A DNA stretch of 64,000 nt from assembly GCA_964480635.1 (NCBI GenBank), contig CAYZQE010000001.1:8812-72811 (forward strand). Direction: 5' to 3'. Origin of the DNA: an uncultured Gammaproteobacteria bacterium (GTDB lineage: Bacteria > Pseudomonadota > Gammaproteobacteria > GCA-001735895). This document shows positions 27,962-38,063 of this stretch, one piece after another (positions within the stretch are counted from its first letter, which is position 1; every line of letters begins with the position of its first letter). Position numbers and translations under genes: made by a program. The notes under the pieces are model-generated. The model searched no databases and was not told the DNA's origin. It saw only the letters and a program-made list of their open reading frames with translations.

Positions 27962-30076
27962 TTATGCCGCCACATCAGTTTTATCGCTCTTCTTTTCAAG
28001 CTTTTTGTTCAGAGTTAAAATCCCGGGCATATCGATAATAAGCGCGACAGAACCATCACCTAAAATAGTGGCCCCTGAAAAACCTTCTATTTTTTTGTAA
28101 TTACTTTCTAATGATTTGATCACCACTTGCTGCTGCCCTAGTAATTCATCAACAAACAAACCTACGTGTTTGTTTTCAACTTCAACAACTACCAATAGCC
28201 CATCTTTTAGATCAACAGGTTTTTCTAGTTCAACACCAAAAATGTCATGCAGCTTTATAATGGGGACGTATTCTTCTCGTAGCTTGAATGTTTCTCCCTG
28301 CCCCCCAACCATATTGACCATATCAGGTTGTATTTGGATTGACTCTACAATTGAAATAATAGGGATAATGTAATTTTCATTACCAACAGAGACTGTTTGT
28401 CCATCGACAATTGCTAGGGTTAATGGCAAACGAATTCGCATTGTACTGCCTTTTCCTAACGCTGAATCAATCTCGATTGAGCCCCCAAGCTCTAAGATAT
28501 TTCGACGAACCACATCCATGCCAACACCACGGCCAGACACATCACTAACAACCGCAGCTGTTGAGAAGCCCGGCAAGAAAATCAATTCAAATATTTGACG
28601 ATCAGTTAAAATATCACCTTCGATAATAAGCCCCTTTTCGACTCCTTTTTTATATAAAACATCCTTATCCATACCTTTACCATCATCGATAATTTCGATA
28701 ACAATATTACCGCCTTGGTGATAGGCATTTAAATTTATTGTTCCTAACTCTTCTTTACCTGCTGCCACACGATCTTCTGGCATTTCAATACCATGATCTA
28801 AACTGTTACGCACAAGATGTACGAGAGGGTCACCAATTTTTTCAATAACTGTCTTGTCTACTTCAGTTGCCTCACCCGAAAGAATCAATTCTATCTTCTT
28901 GCCCATTTTTCCTGATAAATCACGAACCAAACGTGGAAAACGTGAAAAGGTAAAACTAATCGGCATCATTCGAACTTGCATCACGCTTTCTTGCAGCTCA
29001 CGTGAATTACGCTCTAACTGCATCAAACCATCGCGTAAACGGTCTATTTCAGCGACATCAATTGATCCTCTTTCTTCAATGTTTTCACCAATTAAACCTA
29101 GCATTGATTGAGTAATCACTAACTCACCCACCATATTGATCAAAGCATCAATTTTATCGGTATCTACTCTTATAGAGGCATTAGCTTGAGCTGCTGGTTT
29201 TTTACTTCCTCTTCGGTCATTCTTACGGCGATCACCACCTTTGGCCTTTTCACTGTCTGCACTATCACCATCTCTTCTTTGAGGAATGGGTAATTGTGAC
29301 TTTTCTGCCGGCTTCACCCCATCTGCTTGTGCATTGCCATCTTGTAATGCAATAATTTCTAAATCACAAAGGTCTTCAACCCAAGCAAAAATCTCACTGA
29401 GCACATCTTTATCTGCATCCGTTATTATTTTCAATTCCCAACTGATATAACTTTGTTCAGCATCGAGCATTTCAAAGGGCGGTATCGCATTTAAATCTGT
29501 TGTCAGCTCTACTTCACCTAGTGATGAAAGCTCTCTTATTAATGGTAATGGATCATTACCCGTATGAAAAATATCGCTGTTTGGCTTAAACTTTATCAAC
29601 CAACCTTGGCCAGGCGAGTCACCTGCCGTTACGGCTTTAGTAGGAGCGTTTGTTTCTTCTTTAGCCGCTAAATTTTCGCCAGCAGCTTCATTACCCAGTT
29701 CTTTTTCGAGCATTGCTTTATGCTCTTTAACACGTGCTTCGTCTGGGTCATCGCCTTCTTGCGCGGCTTCTAGCATTTCTCTTAAACAGTCGGTTGACTT
29801 TAATAGAAGGTCTGAATTTGCAACAGTAACATCACGCTTACCATCTCGCATTTCATCAAGAAGCGTTTCCATGACATGGGTAAACGAAGCGACTTCCATA
29901 AAGCCGAAAGTACCCGAACCACCCTTTATAGAATGAGCGGCTCTAAAAACACTATTAATAACCTCAGAATCAGCTTCACCTGGCTCTAAATCCATTAATC
30001 CGGTTTCCATAATTTCGATGCCTTCGAAACTTTCTTCAAAAAACACCTGATGAAACTGAGCCATATCTATCGACAT
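27962..30076 (-). CDS. cheA: chemotaxis histidine kinase CheA (P1-P5)
   Basis: It has a P1 HPt (FRAAHSIKGGSGTFGF), P3 dimerisation (IRVDTDKIDALINMVGELV), a P4 HATPase with G1/G2 boxes, and a P5 CheW-like domain. Confidence 0.9.
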   Translation of the reverse strand: MSIDMAQFHQVFFEESFEGIEIMETGLMDLEPGEADSEVINSVFRAAHSIKGGSGTFGFMEVASFTHVMETLLDEMRDGKRDVTVANSDLLLKSTDCLREMLEAAQEGDDPDEARVKEHKAMLEKELGNEAAGENLAAKEETNAPTKAVTAGDSPGQGWLIKFKPNSDIFHTGNDPLPLIRELSSLGEVELTTDLNAIPPFEMLDAEQSYISWELKIITDADKDVLSEIFAWVEDLCDLEIIALQDGNAQADGVKPAEKSQLPIPQRRDGDSADSEKAKGGDRRKNDRRGSKKPAAQANASIRVDTDKIDALINMVGELVITQSMLGLIGENIEERGSIDVAEIDRLRDGLMQLERNSRELQESVMQVRMMPISFTFSRFPRLVRDLSGKMGKKIELILSGEATEVDKTVIEKIGDPLVHLVRNSLDHGIEMPEDRVAAGKEELGTINLNAYHQGGNIVIEIIDDGKGMDKDVLYKKGVEKGLIIEGDILTDRQIFELIFLPGFSTAAVVSDVSGRGVGMDVVRRNILELGGSIEIDSALGKGSTMRIRLPLTLAIVDGQTVSVGNENYIIPIISIVESIQIQPDMVNMVGGQGETFKLREEYVPIIKLHDIFGVELEKPVDLKDGLLVVVEVENKHVGLFVDELLGQQQVVIKSLESNYKKIEGFSGATILGDGSVALIIDMPGILTLNKKLEKKSDKTDVAA

Positions 30077-30274
30077 GCTTTATACCCTCTATTTTTATTT
30101 GCTTTTATCATTATTTTTTTAGGCATGACTTGCGTAATGCATTGAAACTTTCATTATTTATAGAACAAATGCGAGATTTTGCACAAATTTAATTAGTCTT
30201 TTTATCGACAGATCAACTTTTATCTGTAGAAAAAGTTATAATTTAATTTTTCTAATCTAATTTTTAAAATCAGT

Positions 30275-31474
30275 ATGCAAAAGCACAGTGTAAAAATAGG
30301 TAATATTTTTGTTGGTGGGAATCATCCCGTCATGATCCAATCAATGACCAATACAGATACTGCTGACATTAATAAAACAGTAGAGCAAATTAAAGCTTTA
30401 GCTGATGCGGGTTCTGAATGCGTGCGGGTGACGGTTAACAACAATGAATCTGCTGCTGCCATACGTCCTATTAAAGAAAAGCTGTTACAACAAAATTACA
30501 CCACACCTATCATTGGTGACTTTCATTTCAATGGACATAAATTATTAAAAAAATATCCTGAGTGCGCTGAGTTTTTAGATAAATACAGGATCAACCCAGG
30601 CAATGTTGGCAAAGGAAAAAAAAGAGACTCTCAATTTCATGAAATGATTGAAACTGCTTGTCAATTTAATAAACCTGTCCGCATTGGGGTCAACTGGGGG
30701 AGTTTAGACCAATCCCTTTTAGCGAATCTTCTGGATACTAACTCTGCTTTAAAAATACCGAAACCTTTAACCGACATCAATAAAATTGCGGTTATTCAAT
30801 CAGCCCTTGAGAGTGCAAAAATGGCTGAACATATTGGTTTAGGTAAGGATCAGATTATTATTAGTTGCAAAATGAGCCGAGTGCCTGACTTAATTGATGT
30901 GTATGAAAAATTAAACGCCCAATGTGACTATGCCTTACATTTAGGTTTAACTGAGGCGGGCATGGGCAGTAAAGGCATCGTATCTTCTACTGCTGCACTG
31001 TCTATTTTACTCAGGCAAAACATAGGTAACACGATTAGAATCTCGTTAACACCTGAACCTGGTGAAGCCCGAACAAAAGAAGTGCAAGTGGCTCAAGAGA
31101 TATTACAATCACTCGATTTACGATCGTTCACACCGAGTGTTGTTTCATGCCCCGGTTGTGGTCGAACGAGCAGTGAGTATTTTCAAGTGCTTGCTAAAGA
31201 TATTCAGCAACAGCTCAACGACAATATGTCTAGCTGGAAATACAGCCATCCAGGTGTCGAAAAAATGAACGTGGCGATTATGGGCTGCGTTGTTAATGGC
31301 CCAGGTGAAAGCAAACATGCCAATATTGGCATTAGCCTACCGGGAAATGGAGAGCTACCTGTCGCACCTGTTTATGAGGATGGTAAAAAAACAGTCACCT
31401 TAAAAGGTGACTCAATTGCTAATGAGTTTATGCAGTTAGTTGAAAATTATGTCGCTCGAACTTATTCGCAATAA
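30275..31474 (+). CDS. ispG: 4-hydroxy-3-methylbut-2-enyl diphosphate synthase (IspG/GcpE)
   Basis: Conserved IspG blocks are [49 protein letters not shown] and YEDG. It is on the opposite strand to all flanking signalling genes. Confidence 0.85.
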   Translation: MQKHSVKIGNIFVGGNHPVMIQSMTNTDTADINKTVEQIKALADAGSECVRVTVNNNESAAAIRPIKEKLLQQNYTTPIIGDFHFNGHKLLKKYPECAEFLDKYRINPGNVGKGKKRDSQFHEMIETACQFNKPVRIGVNWGSLDQSLLANLLDTNSALKIPKPLTDINKIAVIQSALESAKMAEHIGLGKDQIIISCKMSRVPDLIDVYEKLNAQCDYALHLGLTEAGMGSKGIVSSTAALSILLRQNIGNTIRISLTPEPGEARTKEVQVAQEILQSLDLRSFTPSVVSCPGCGRTSSEYFQVLAKDIQQQLNDNMSSWKYSHPGVEKMNVAIMGCVVNGPGESKHANIGISLPGNGELPVAPVYEDGKKTVTLKGDSIANEFMQLVENYVARTYSQ

Positions 31475-31506
31475 TTAAGCGACAGATTGTATTGCTTTGA
31501 ATATTT

Positions 31507-31812
31507 TTAAAGGATATTCAAAATCTCACAAGCCACTTCAAATTTAATAGGCACTGATCCTTCAATAGGAATAGAGCGAATAACAGATGCTCTTGCTTCC
31601 ATAGGCGGCGTAATCGAATTAACAGGCGTCAACTTCACCAATAATTCTGACTTAGGCTCAAACTCATCTTCTAACTCTAATAAAAAACCTTTCGCGCTTA
31701 AATTTTTAACACCACCTTCACCTGATCGACTATCTGCCTCACAGCAATACGTCATGACACATTCAATGGCCATCCTTTGGAAGTCGCGTTTTTCATCATA
31801 ATTATGATCCAT
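31507..31812 (-). CDS. single-domain PilZ protein (c-di-GMP binding)
   Basis: It has the RxxxR motif (RDFQRM) and the D/NxSxxG motif (NLSAKGF). It is 101 aa. Confidence 0.6.
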   Translation of the reverse strand: MDHNYDEKRDFQRMAIECVMTYCCEADSRSGEGGVKNLSAKGFLLELEDEFEPKSELLVKLTPVNSITPPMEARASVIRSIPIEGSVPIKFEVACEILNIL

Positions 31813-31827
31813 AAAATTTCCCCTCAG

Positions 31828-32142
31828 TTAAATTTTAAATAATTTACCAAAGTTGGCAACGTCTAATATTTTTTTAACATCTACGGATGTATTAACAATA
31901 TCAACTTTAGAGCTTTCCCCACCTGCATGTTCTCTCAGTAATAAAAGCATACCTAAAGCGGAGCTATCTAAATATTCAGTCGCCGACAGATCGACAACAT
32001 AATGCACACCATTCCCATCTGTTTCATCATATGATGTTCTAAATTCATCATATAACTGAAAGTCAAACTTACCTGATACTGATATTGTTACTTTTTTACC
32101 GCCATCTGCGATCGTACTATTTATTGCCATCAATGACTCCAT
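31828..32142 (-). CDS. STAS-domain protein (SpoIIAA-like anti-sigma factor antagonist)
   Basis: It is 104 aa and carries the conserved phosphorylatable-Ser region 'VDLSATEYLDSSALGMLL'. Confidence 0.7.
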   Translation of the reverse strand: MESLMAINSTIADGGKKVTISVSGKFDFQLYDEFRTSYDETDGNGVHYVVDLSATEYLDSSALGMLLLLREHAGGESSKVDIVNTSVDVKKILDVANFGKLFKI

Positions 32143-32200
32143 TACAATTTAATTTTTAATTTTTAATGCTTAATGTATAGCAGCTATTTCAGTTACTGCC

Positions 32201-32245
32201 ATAATTTTTAAACTTTTTAAACTTTTTAAACTTTTTAAACTTTAA
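32201..32245. repeat. 9-bp tandem repeat (taaactttt, about 4.5 copies) in the MCP-like/STAS intergenic region
   Basis: It is read directly from the sequence at 32201-32245, immediately 3' of the MCP-like stop and upstream of the STAS gene. Confidence 0.7.
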
Positions 32246-32249
32246 TTCC

Positions 32250-33458
32250 TTAAAATAATTCTATTTCACCTTCTTCCATCGAACTCTGTCCAACTGCCTT
32301 GTTAATAGGCGTAGACCATTCTTGCTTTAATACTTCTATGCTAGATTTAAATTCATTTAAAACTAATAAGGTATCTAGATCATTTACATTTGTATTTTCT
32401 TGTAACACATTCATTTGAGACTTTAAGTTTTGTACGAGATCATGCAAACGATTCACATGTTCGCCGCTATATTGAACAACTTGAGAAACGACATCTTCAA
32501 ATTGTAATGACAGTATAGCCACGCCGACTGATTTATTAATATCATCTGTTACTGCTGAAATTTTCTTTAGTTCCTCAGCTACATGTTCATCGTATCGACC
32601 AATATCATCTAACATTGAATCTACTCTATCTTTTGAAGATATTGTCTCTGTCATATCTCGAGACGCCATAGCCGTTACTAACGCTTTAGCCTCAGAAATA
32701 CCTGCTTTAGATTTAACAATAACAGTGCGTATCTTTTCACTAAAGTCATTTGAGTTTTTAGACAGATTACGTACTTCATCAGCAACAACAGCAAAGCCTC
32801 GACCCGCCTCACCCGCTCTAGCCGCTTCAATCGCTGCATTTAATGCCAATAAATTAGTTTGTTGGGCAATTTTACTCACATCATCAAGCAGCTTAAACGC
32901 CTGATCCATTTCTTTAGCAATATCATCAATGGTGTAAACCATTTTCATACTGCTTTGGCTGGTGGATAACAGCATTTGAATAAAGTGCTGCAATAGCTGA
33001 TTGGTCTCATCAACAAAACCACGCATATTAAAACTACCATTATCTTCATCTGGCTCAACCATGCCTAGAACTAGAGCGCCTTGAAGCTGGCTAAACTGAT
33101 TTAAATCTGTAAAGCTCCCGCCTAACTTACCCGTGGCATCAAGAACAACCGTATTAATTTGAGTGAGTGAATCTTTAATCTCATTTGTTTGACCTTCAAC
33201 TAAGCTGTTTAAACCCAACAATAAATCAAATAGTTCTTTAATAACGACACTATGAACTTGATCTGAAGATTCAATATCACTTAGTTTCTCTTCTTCAGTA
33301 TTAAGACCCAATAGAACACCTATAAATGCCACTAGGAGCAAACCATCTAAAAGTTCAAACGAACTTAGTAAACGAATAATAATAATGCTAAATACAGTCA
33401 CTGCACTGATTGCCAATAAACGATGTTTTAGCACAAATTGTTTTGTTAATAATTTCAT
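32250..33458 (-). CDS. membrane-anchored MCP-like signalling protein (two N-terminal TM helices with essentially no periplasmic domain, plus an MA domain)
   Basis: It has the conserved MA hairpin tip [37 protein letters not shown]. It is 402 aa and ends ...EEGEIELF. Confidence 0.75.
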   Translation of the reverse strand: MKLLTKQFVLKHRLLAISAVTVFSIIIIRLLSSFELLDGLLLVAFIGVLLGLNTEEEKLSDIESSDQVHSVVIKELFDLLLGLNSLVEGQTNEIKDSLTQINTVVLDATGKLGGSFTDLNQFSQLQGALVLGMVEPDEDNGSFNMRGFVDETNQLLQHFIQMLLSTSQSSMKMVYTIDDIAKEMDQAFKLLDDVSKIAQQTNLLALNAAIEAARAGEAGRGFAVVADEVRNLSKNSNDFSEKIRTVIVKSKAGISEAKALVTAMASRDMTETISSKDRVDSMLDDIGRYDEHVAEELKKISAVTDDINKSVGVAILSLQFEDVVSQVVQYSGEHVNRLHDLVQNLKSQMNVLQENTNVNDLDTLLVLNEFKSSIEVLKQEWSTPINKAVGQSSMEEGEIELF

Positions 33459-34228
33459 TATGCCGTTACCATCGTACGGTGATTTAACAAATCATCCGCT
33501 AATTTGGCATAATCTAAGGCACCATTACTGCGAGGTTTATATTCAAAAATTGTTTGCCCAAAACTAGGACTTTCTGCCACGGGGGCGCATTCTCTCACTG
33601 GTGTCGCCAAAACTTGATTAGGAAAGTAACTCATTAATTTATCTTTAATTTCATTTGATAATCGACGCCTTACAGTGAAACGAGTAATAGCCACCCAAAT
33701 TTTAAGCGTTTTACCCATGTAGCTTTCTGTGCTTTTTATTGTTTTTAATAATTGAGATAAGCCATGTAATGCCAGATAATCACTAGACACAGGGATGACT
33801 ATTTCATCAGCAGCGAATAAGGCATTAAAGTTAAGCAAGCCTGAGGTTGGTGGGCAATCAAAAATAATAAAATCATATTGAGTACGAATACCTTCGAGTG
33901 CTTGCTGCAATAACTTGGCTTGAGAAGCACCCTTTGCTGATAACTTTTCAACCTCGGTTAATCTATATCCTGAAGGAATTAAGTCTAGGTTTTTTCGCAC
34001 CGTAACAATACTATCAACAATATCATCACCATCTAAAAACACATCGTCTATGCCAGCATTTTCGGGGTCTGTTTCACCTAAACTTACAGACAAATGGGAC
34101 TGAGGATCAAGATCAATGGCCAACACCTTATGGCCTTTAAGCGCGAATGAATAGGATAAATTAGAAGCAGTTGTTGTTTTTCCTACACCGCCTTTATTAT
34201 TTAAGACGGCTATGACACGAGTTTCCAT
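33458..34228 (-). CDS. ParA/MinD-family P-loop ATPase
   Basis: It has a deviant Walker A ([16 protein letters not shown]). It is 256 aa and overlaps the downstream MCP-like start. Confidence 0.8.
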   Translation of the reverse strand: METRVIAVLNNKGGVGKTTTASNLSYSFALKGHKVLAIDLDPQSHLSVSLGETDPENAGIDDVFLDGDDIVDSIVTVRKNLDLIPSGYRLTEVEKLSAKGASQAKLLQQALEGIRTQYDFIIFDCPPTSGLLNFNALFAADEIVIPVSSDYLALHGLSQLLKTIKSTESYMGKTLKIWVAITRFTVRRRLSNEIKDKLMSYFPNQVLATPVRECAPVAESPSFGQTIFEYKPRSNGALDYAKLADDLLNHRTMVTA

Positions 34229-34255
34229 GTGAATACTACACCATTTTATTTAAAA

Positions 34256-34618
34256 CTAACCCAAAGCGCGTTTTATCACTGACAGCAATTGGTCCGGATT
34301 AAAAGGCTTTACAATCCAACCAGTAGCTCCGGCATTTTTACCTGCCATTTTCTTATCTGCAGCTGATTCGGTTGTAAGCATTAATAAAGGAGTGAATTTA
34401 AAACTAGGTAGCTTTCTTAACTCTGCGATAAGAGATATACCATCCATATTTGGCATGTTTACATCCGTTATCACTAGATCAAAACTCTTTGTTTTCGCAA
34501 TATTTAATGCGACCAACCCATCTTCGGCATCAGTCACATCATAACCAGCACTTTTTAATGTAAATGAAACCATTTGTCTCATTGATGCTGAATCATCAAC
34601 AGCTAAAATTGTAGCCAT
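34256..34618 (-). CDS. single-domain response regulator (CheY-like receiver)
   Basis: It is 120 aa with a REC domain. Its residues include DD (ILAVDDS), the phospho-acceptor D (LVITDVNMP) and the T/K pair. Confidence 0.8.
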   Translation of the reverse strand: MATILAVDDSASMRQMVSFTLKSAGYDVTDAEDGLVALNIAKTKSFDLVITDVNMPNMDGISLIAELRKLPSFKFTPLLMLTTESAADKKMAGKNAGATGWIVKPFNPDQLLSVIKRALG

Positions 34619-34787
34619 TCTTCACTCCTAAATATTATATTAAATTATTGTTTAGCGACCTATCTTAAGCTGCCTTTTTCTTCTTCAATGAAGTATAGCG
34701 GCATATTTAAAAAATTCTTTAAAATATTAAAGATTAAATTGTATTGAATTTTAAATATGACAATTTATGACACATTGTAAAAGTATT

Positions 34788-35783
34788 TTAACCGACAATA
34801 ATTCTGTTTTTTCCCGCTTTTTTCGCCTTATAGAGCGCTTTATCTGCGCGTTTAAATGACCTCTTAAAATCATCTCCAGCCAAGACCATCGTCACACCAA
34901 TACTCACACTGATTTCAATACTTGGATCACAATCAGGTAAGGTTAAATTATCAATGCCTAATCTCACTCGCTCTGCCACGTCTAACGCACCTTGCATATC
35001 CGTTTGAGGTAACGCACTGACGAATTCATCCCCCCCATAACGATAGAGTAAATCTGTATTTCTCACCGCTTCTTGTAAAACAACCCCAACATCTTGCAGC
35101 ACTCGATCTCCGGCATCATGGCCGCATAAATCATTGATAACTTTAAATCCATCTAAATCCATAACCATCATTGCCATAGAGTGTTCATGCCTTTTTACTA
35201 AGCCAATTTCTCTTGGCAAGAACTTTTCCATTGCCGTACGATTTCCTAAATGTGTCAGTGGATCGACATAAGCAGATTTTAGAGCTGTCTGATACATCAA
35301 TGCGTTTTTTACTGGATATACTAAACCACACAGATAATCTTCAAACTCACAGACTTCATTAGTCGAAAATCGACTATTTCGATAGATCGTTATTTCACCT
35401 AATAACTGCTCGCGTAATGTAATGCGATAATGCAAGCTAAACCGATCGACATTCCCCATGCTCACTGGTGCATCAACCCTCTCTGAAATAAACCGATAGG
35501 CATTATGGGGAATTAAATTCTGGATTTCACCCGAAAAAGAGCTGATCACATCAGTGATTTCTAAAGTTCGTGATAGCAAATCAGACAATTGTAGTATTTT
35601 TATAAACTTTTTATCACTGGTTACAAGTTCACTTTTACGCGAGTCTAAAGCAATAACTTGAGCATTTCGTGATTTGCTTGTCACATTTAATATCGTCGGT
35701 GTATTCATAAGCTCTATACCTAAATTCAATAATATCTTTAAACATGCGAAAGTCATGCCAATAAAAAAATCATAGGGAATCAA
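34788..35783 (-). CDS. GGDEF-domain diguanylate cyclase with an uncharacterised N-terminal sensory region
   Basis: It has a 'RYGGDEF' active-site motif. The N-terminal start is uncertain because an internal ATG is possible. Confidence 0.8.
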   Translation of the reverse strand: MIPYDFFIGMTFACLKILLNLGIELMNTPTILNVTSKSRNAQVIALDSRKSELVTSDKKFIKILQLSDLLSRTLEITDVISSFSGEIQNLIPHNAYRFISERVDAPVSMGNVDRFSLHYRITLREQLLGEITIYRNSRFSTNEVCEFEDYLCGLVYPVKNALMYQTALKSAYVDPLTHLGNRTAMEKFLPREIGLVKRHEHSMAMMVMDLDGFKVINDLCGHDAGDRVLQDVGVVLQEAVRNTDLLYRYGGDEFVSALPQTDMQGALDVAERVRLGIDNLTLPDCDPSIEISVSIGVTMVLAGDDFKRSFKRADKALYKAKKAGKNRIIVG

Positions 35784-35986
35784 TGAGTTACAAAAATAAA
35801 TATAATCACACTCAATAAACAGTCATGTTTTTGACTAAAAATAGGTGCTTTTATCGGAATTTGTAAAATATTTAAGAAAAAAAGGAATGTACATGTTTTT
35901 TAGTCAATTTATTGGCTCATAAAATTAGCCCTTACTTTAGTCTCCTCTAAGGTTTATATTAACTATGATGATTAAGCGGAAATATT

Positions 35987-37639
35987 TTGCCCACCATGGA
36001 AATTAAGGCCACAAACACTGCCACCTTGAATTCTAAAACTGTTCATAAGCTACAAGATTTACTCATTAAGTTTGAACACAATTTATTTAAAGCAATTATT
36101 AGCGCTAAAGTTAGCAATGAAACATTTGTCATCAATAGCAAGGCAGGTTCATTACAAATTAGCAGCAAACTTAATCTACAAATTGGCGATGAACTCACAT
36201 TAAATGTTAAGCTCGATAAAGCGTCACAGACTTTGTCTTTAAATATTTCTAAAATTGAGCGCCCTGTTGTTAAAACCCAGAATCTACAAACTTTAAACGC
36301 AACGCCGATCACTATTAGTCATAAAAATGATATAAAGCAGTTACCCCATACTCAAGAGCACTTCGTTGCGAAGATTATCAGTATCGATAAAAAACATATT
36401 TATCTTCAAGATTTAAAAGGACAAAATTTTTCGGTAACGAAAGCAAACCTTAGTCATCTTTCATCTAATTTTCAAAAAGGTGAGCACGCCATCATCAAGT
36501 GGACATCCCCCGAAAAGGCAGAAATTCGGCCTATCGTTAAAGAGCATTTATTACACCAAGTCCAACGTCAATTATTACCTCAGCAAACAAGCAACCAACA
36601 AACTCATCAACGTTTAACCCAAGCCGCCTTTAAGCTATTTCAGGCCATCAATAACGAGATCATAAGCAAGAACAACGCATCGACAACATCTGCTGCTTCA
36701 GTCCACGCCAAACCAACCGAGAGACAGGCACCTTTGGCTATACTTAAGGCTCAACAAACGCATAGTACTGTAAAAGAAAATATCGATGTGAAGCTTGGCA
36801 ACCTCAAAGAAGCTATAAAACCAAGCCCATCAGTTGCACCACAGGTTTCAAAACCAAGCAATAGTAACAACGTCATTATTAAGCATACTCAAGATACTAT
36901 TGAGACCATTAAAATTGATTTACAACGTCTTTTAACGACACATAAAATCACACCCAATCTACTTAAGTCAGAGACTATTCTAAAGCTTCTAACTGACTTA
37001 AATATCATTAGTAAATCAATCCTCCATGACTCAAGCAATAAAACATTTATTCACAAATTATCTCTTATTACCCAGTCTATCGACCTTGTTTTAAATGCAT
37101 CAGACGATATGAAAAAGGGCGCCAAGCAAAATAGTAACGATGAATTATTGAGTGAACTATTAAAAACAACTTTAAAGGATGCTAAACAAACGATTGAATT
37201 GACTATTCATAAAATGCTTTTTCAAACGGCTTCATCCAAATTAAACCAAGAAATAAACTCTTCATTATTAATCAATACCCAAATTCCTTTTGAAATAGAC
37301 AAAAAAACGAAAGATATCGCTTTAAAAATCAAACAACATAAAAATGATAGCCATGATAAAGAGGATACTTGGGAAATTCATTTATCCTTAGAAATGGGTT
37401 TATTAGGATTAATTAGCACAAAGATTATCCTTAAAGATAGTTTAGATGTCTCTGTTACCTTTTGGGCTGAACTGTATAAAACCAAACAACTCATCGATGA
37501 AAAAAAGAATGTTTTTCATCGGCAAATGACTAAAGCTGGGTTTAACTTAAGTCACATCAATATATTTCTTGGAAAAAAAATTGATGAGGTGCCACCTATT
37601 CAAATTAGCGACAAACAATTTATTGATATCAATGTCTAA
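35987..37639 (+). CDS. Q/T/K-rich protein, possibly a flagellar hook-length control (FliK)-like protein
   Basis: It is 550 aa and low-complexity. I recall similar 'FliK-like' genes paired with FlhB-C-like genes next to cheW in Vibrio and Shewanella. I cannot confirm the family from the sequence alone. Confidence 0.35.
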   Translation: MPTMEIKATNTATLNSKTVHKLQDLLIKFEHNLFKAIISAKVSNETFVINSKAGSLQISSKLNLQIGDELTLNVKLDKASQTLSLNISKIERPVVKTQNLQTLNATPITISHKNDIKQLPHTQEHFVAKIISIDKKHIYLQDLKGQNFSVTKANLSHLSSNFQKGEHAIIKWTSPEKAEIRPIVKEHLLHQVQRQLLPQQTSNQQTHQRLTQAAFKLFQAINNEIISKNNASTTSAASVHAKPTERQAPLAILKAQQTHSTVKENIDVKLGNLKEAIKPSPSVAPQVSKPSNSNNVIIKHTQDTIETIKIDLQRLLTTHKITPNLLKSETILKLLTDLNIISKSILHDSSNKTFIHKLSLITQSIDLVLNASDDMKKGAKQNSNDELLSELLKTTLKDAKQTIELTIHKMLFQTASSKLNQEINSSLLINTQIPFEIDKKTKDIALKIKQHKNDSHDKEDTWEIHLSLEMGLLGLISTKIILKDSLDVSVTFWAELYKTKQLIDEKKNVFHRQMTKAGFNLSHINIFLGKKIDEVPPIQISDKQFIDINV

Positions 37640-37934
37640 TTCAAATTCATCGACCAAACAAAATTTTGCCATTGCATTAAGTTACGATGGCGATGCCCCA
37701 CCTATCGTCACTGCGACTGGTCAAAATGATACTGCGGAAGAAATTTTAAAGCTTGCCGAAGAGGCTGATGTACCCATTTTTGAAGATCATGAATTGGCTA
37801 CTTTATTAAATGACCTAGAATTGGGCGAGCATATCCCAAAACCACTTTATAGGATCATTGCTGAAATACTGAGCTTTGCTTATATGCTCTCAGGAAAACA
37901 TAAAAGCTTTATGGACAAACTGAAGCGCCCATAG
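37632..37934 (+). CDS. FlhB C-terminal-domain-like protein (EscU/YscU/FlhB_C family paralogue)
   Basis: 'KQNFAIALSYDGDAPPIVTATGQND...IPKPLYRIIAEIL' aligns with this window's FlhB C-terminus 'NPTHFAVALQYNPDNMAVPKVLAKGKD...IPAHLFFAVAQIL'. The start at 37632 overlaps the upstream ORF by 8 nt. Confidence 0.7.
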   Translation: MSNSNSSTKQNFAIALSYDGDAPPIVTATGQNDTAEEILKLAEEADVPIFEDHELATLLNDLELGEHIPKPLYRIIAEILSFAYMLSGKHKSFMDKLKRP

Positions 37935-38063
37935 CTCAATGATTGGGCTATGTTAAGGAGACACTGATTAAGTGTTTATTTCAAGAAAAGCAATGAGCTG
38001 ATTAAGGTCAAATCATTGTCGGCTAGACTAATACTGTTCACCCTAAGCCTTATCTTAAAATAA

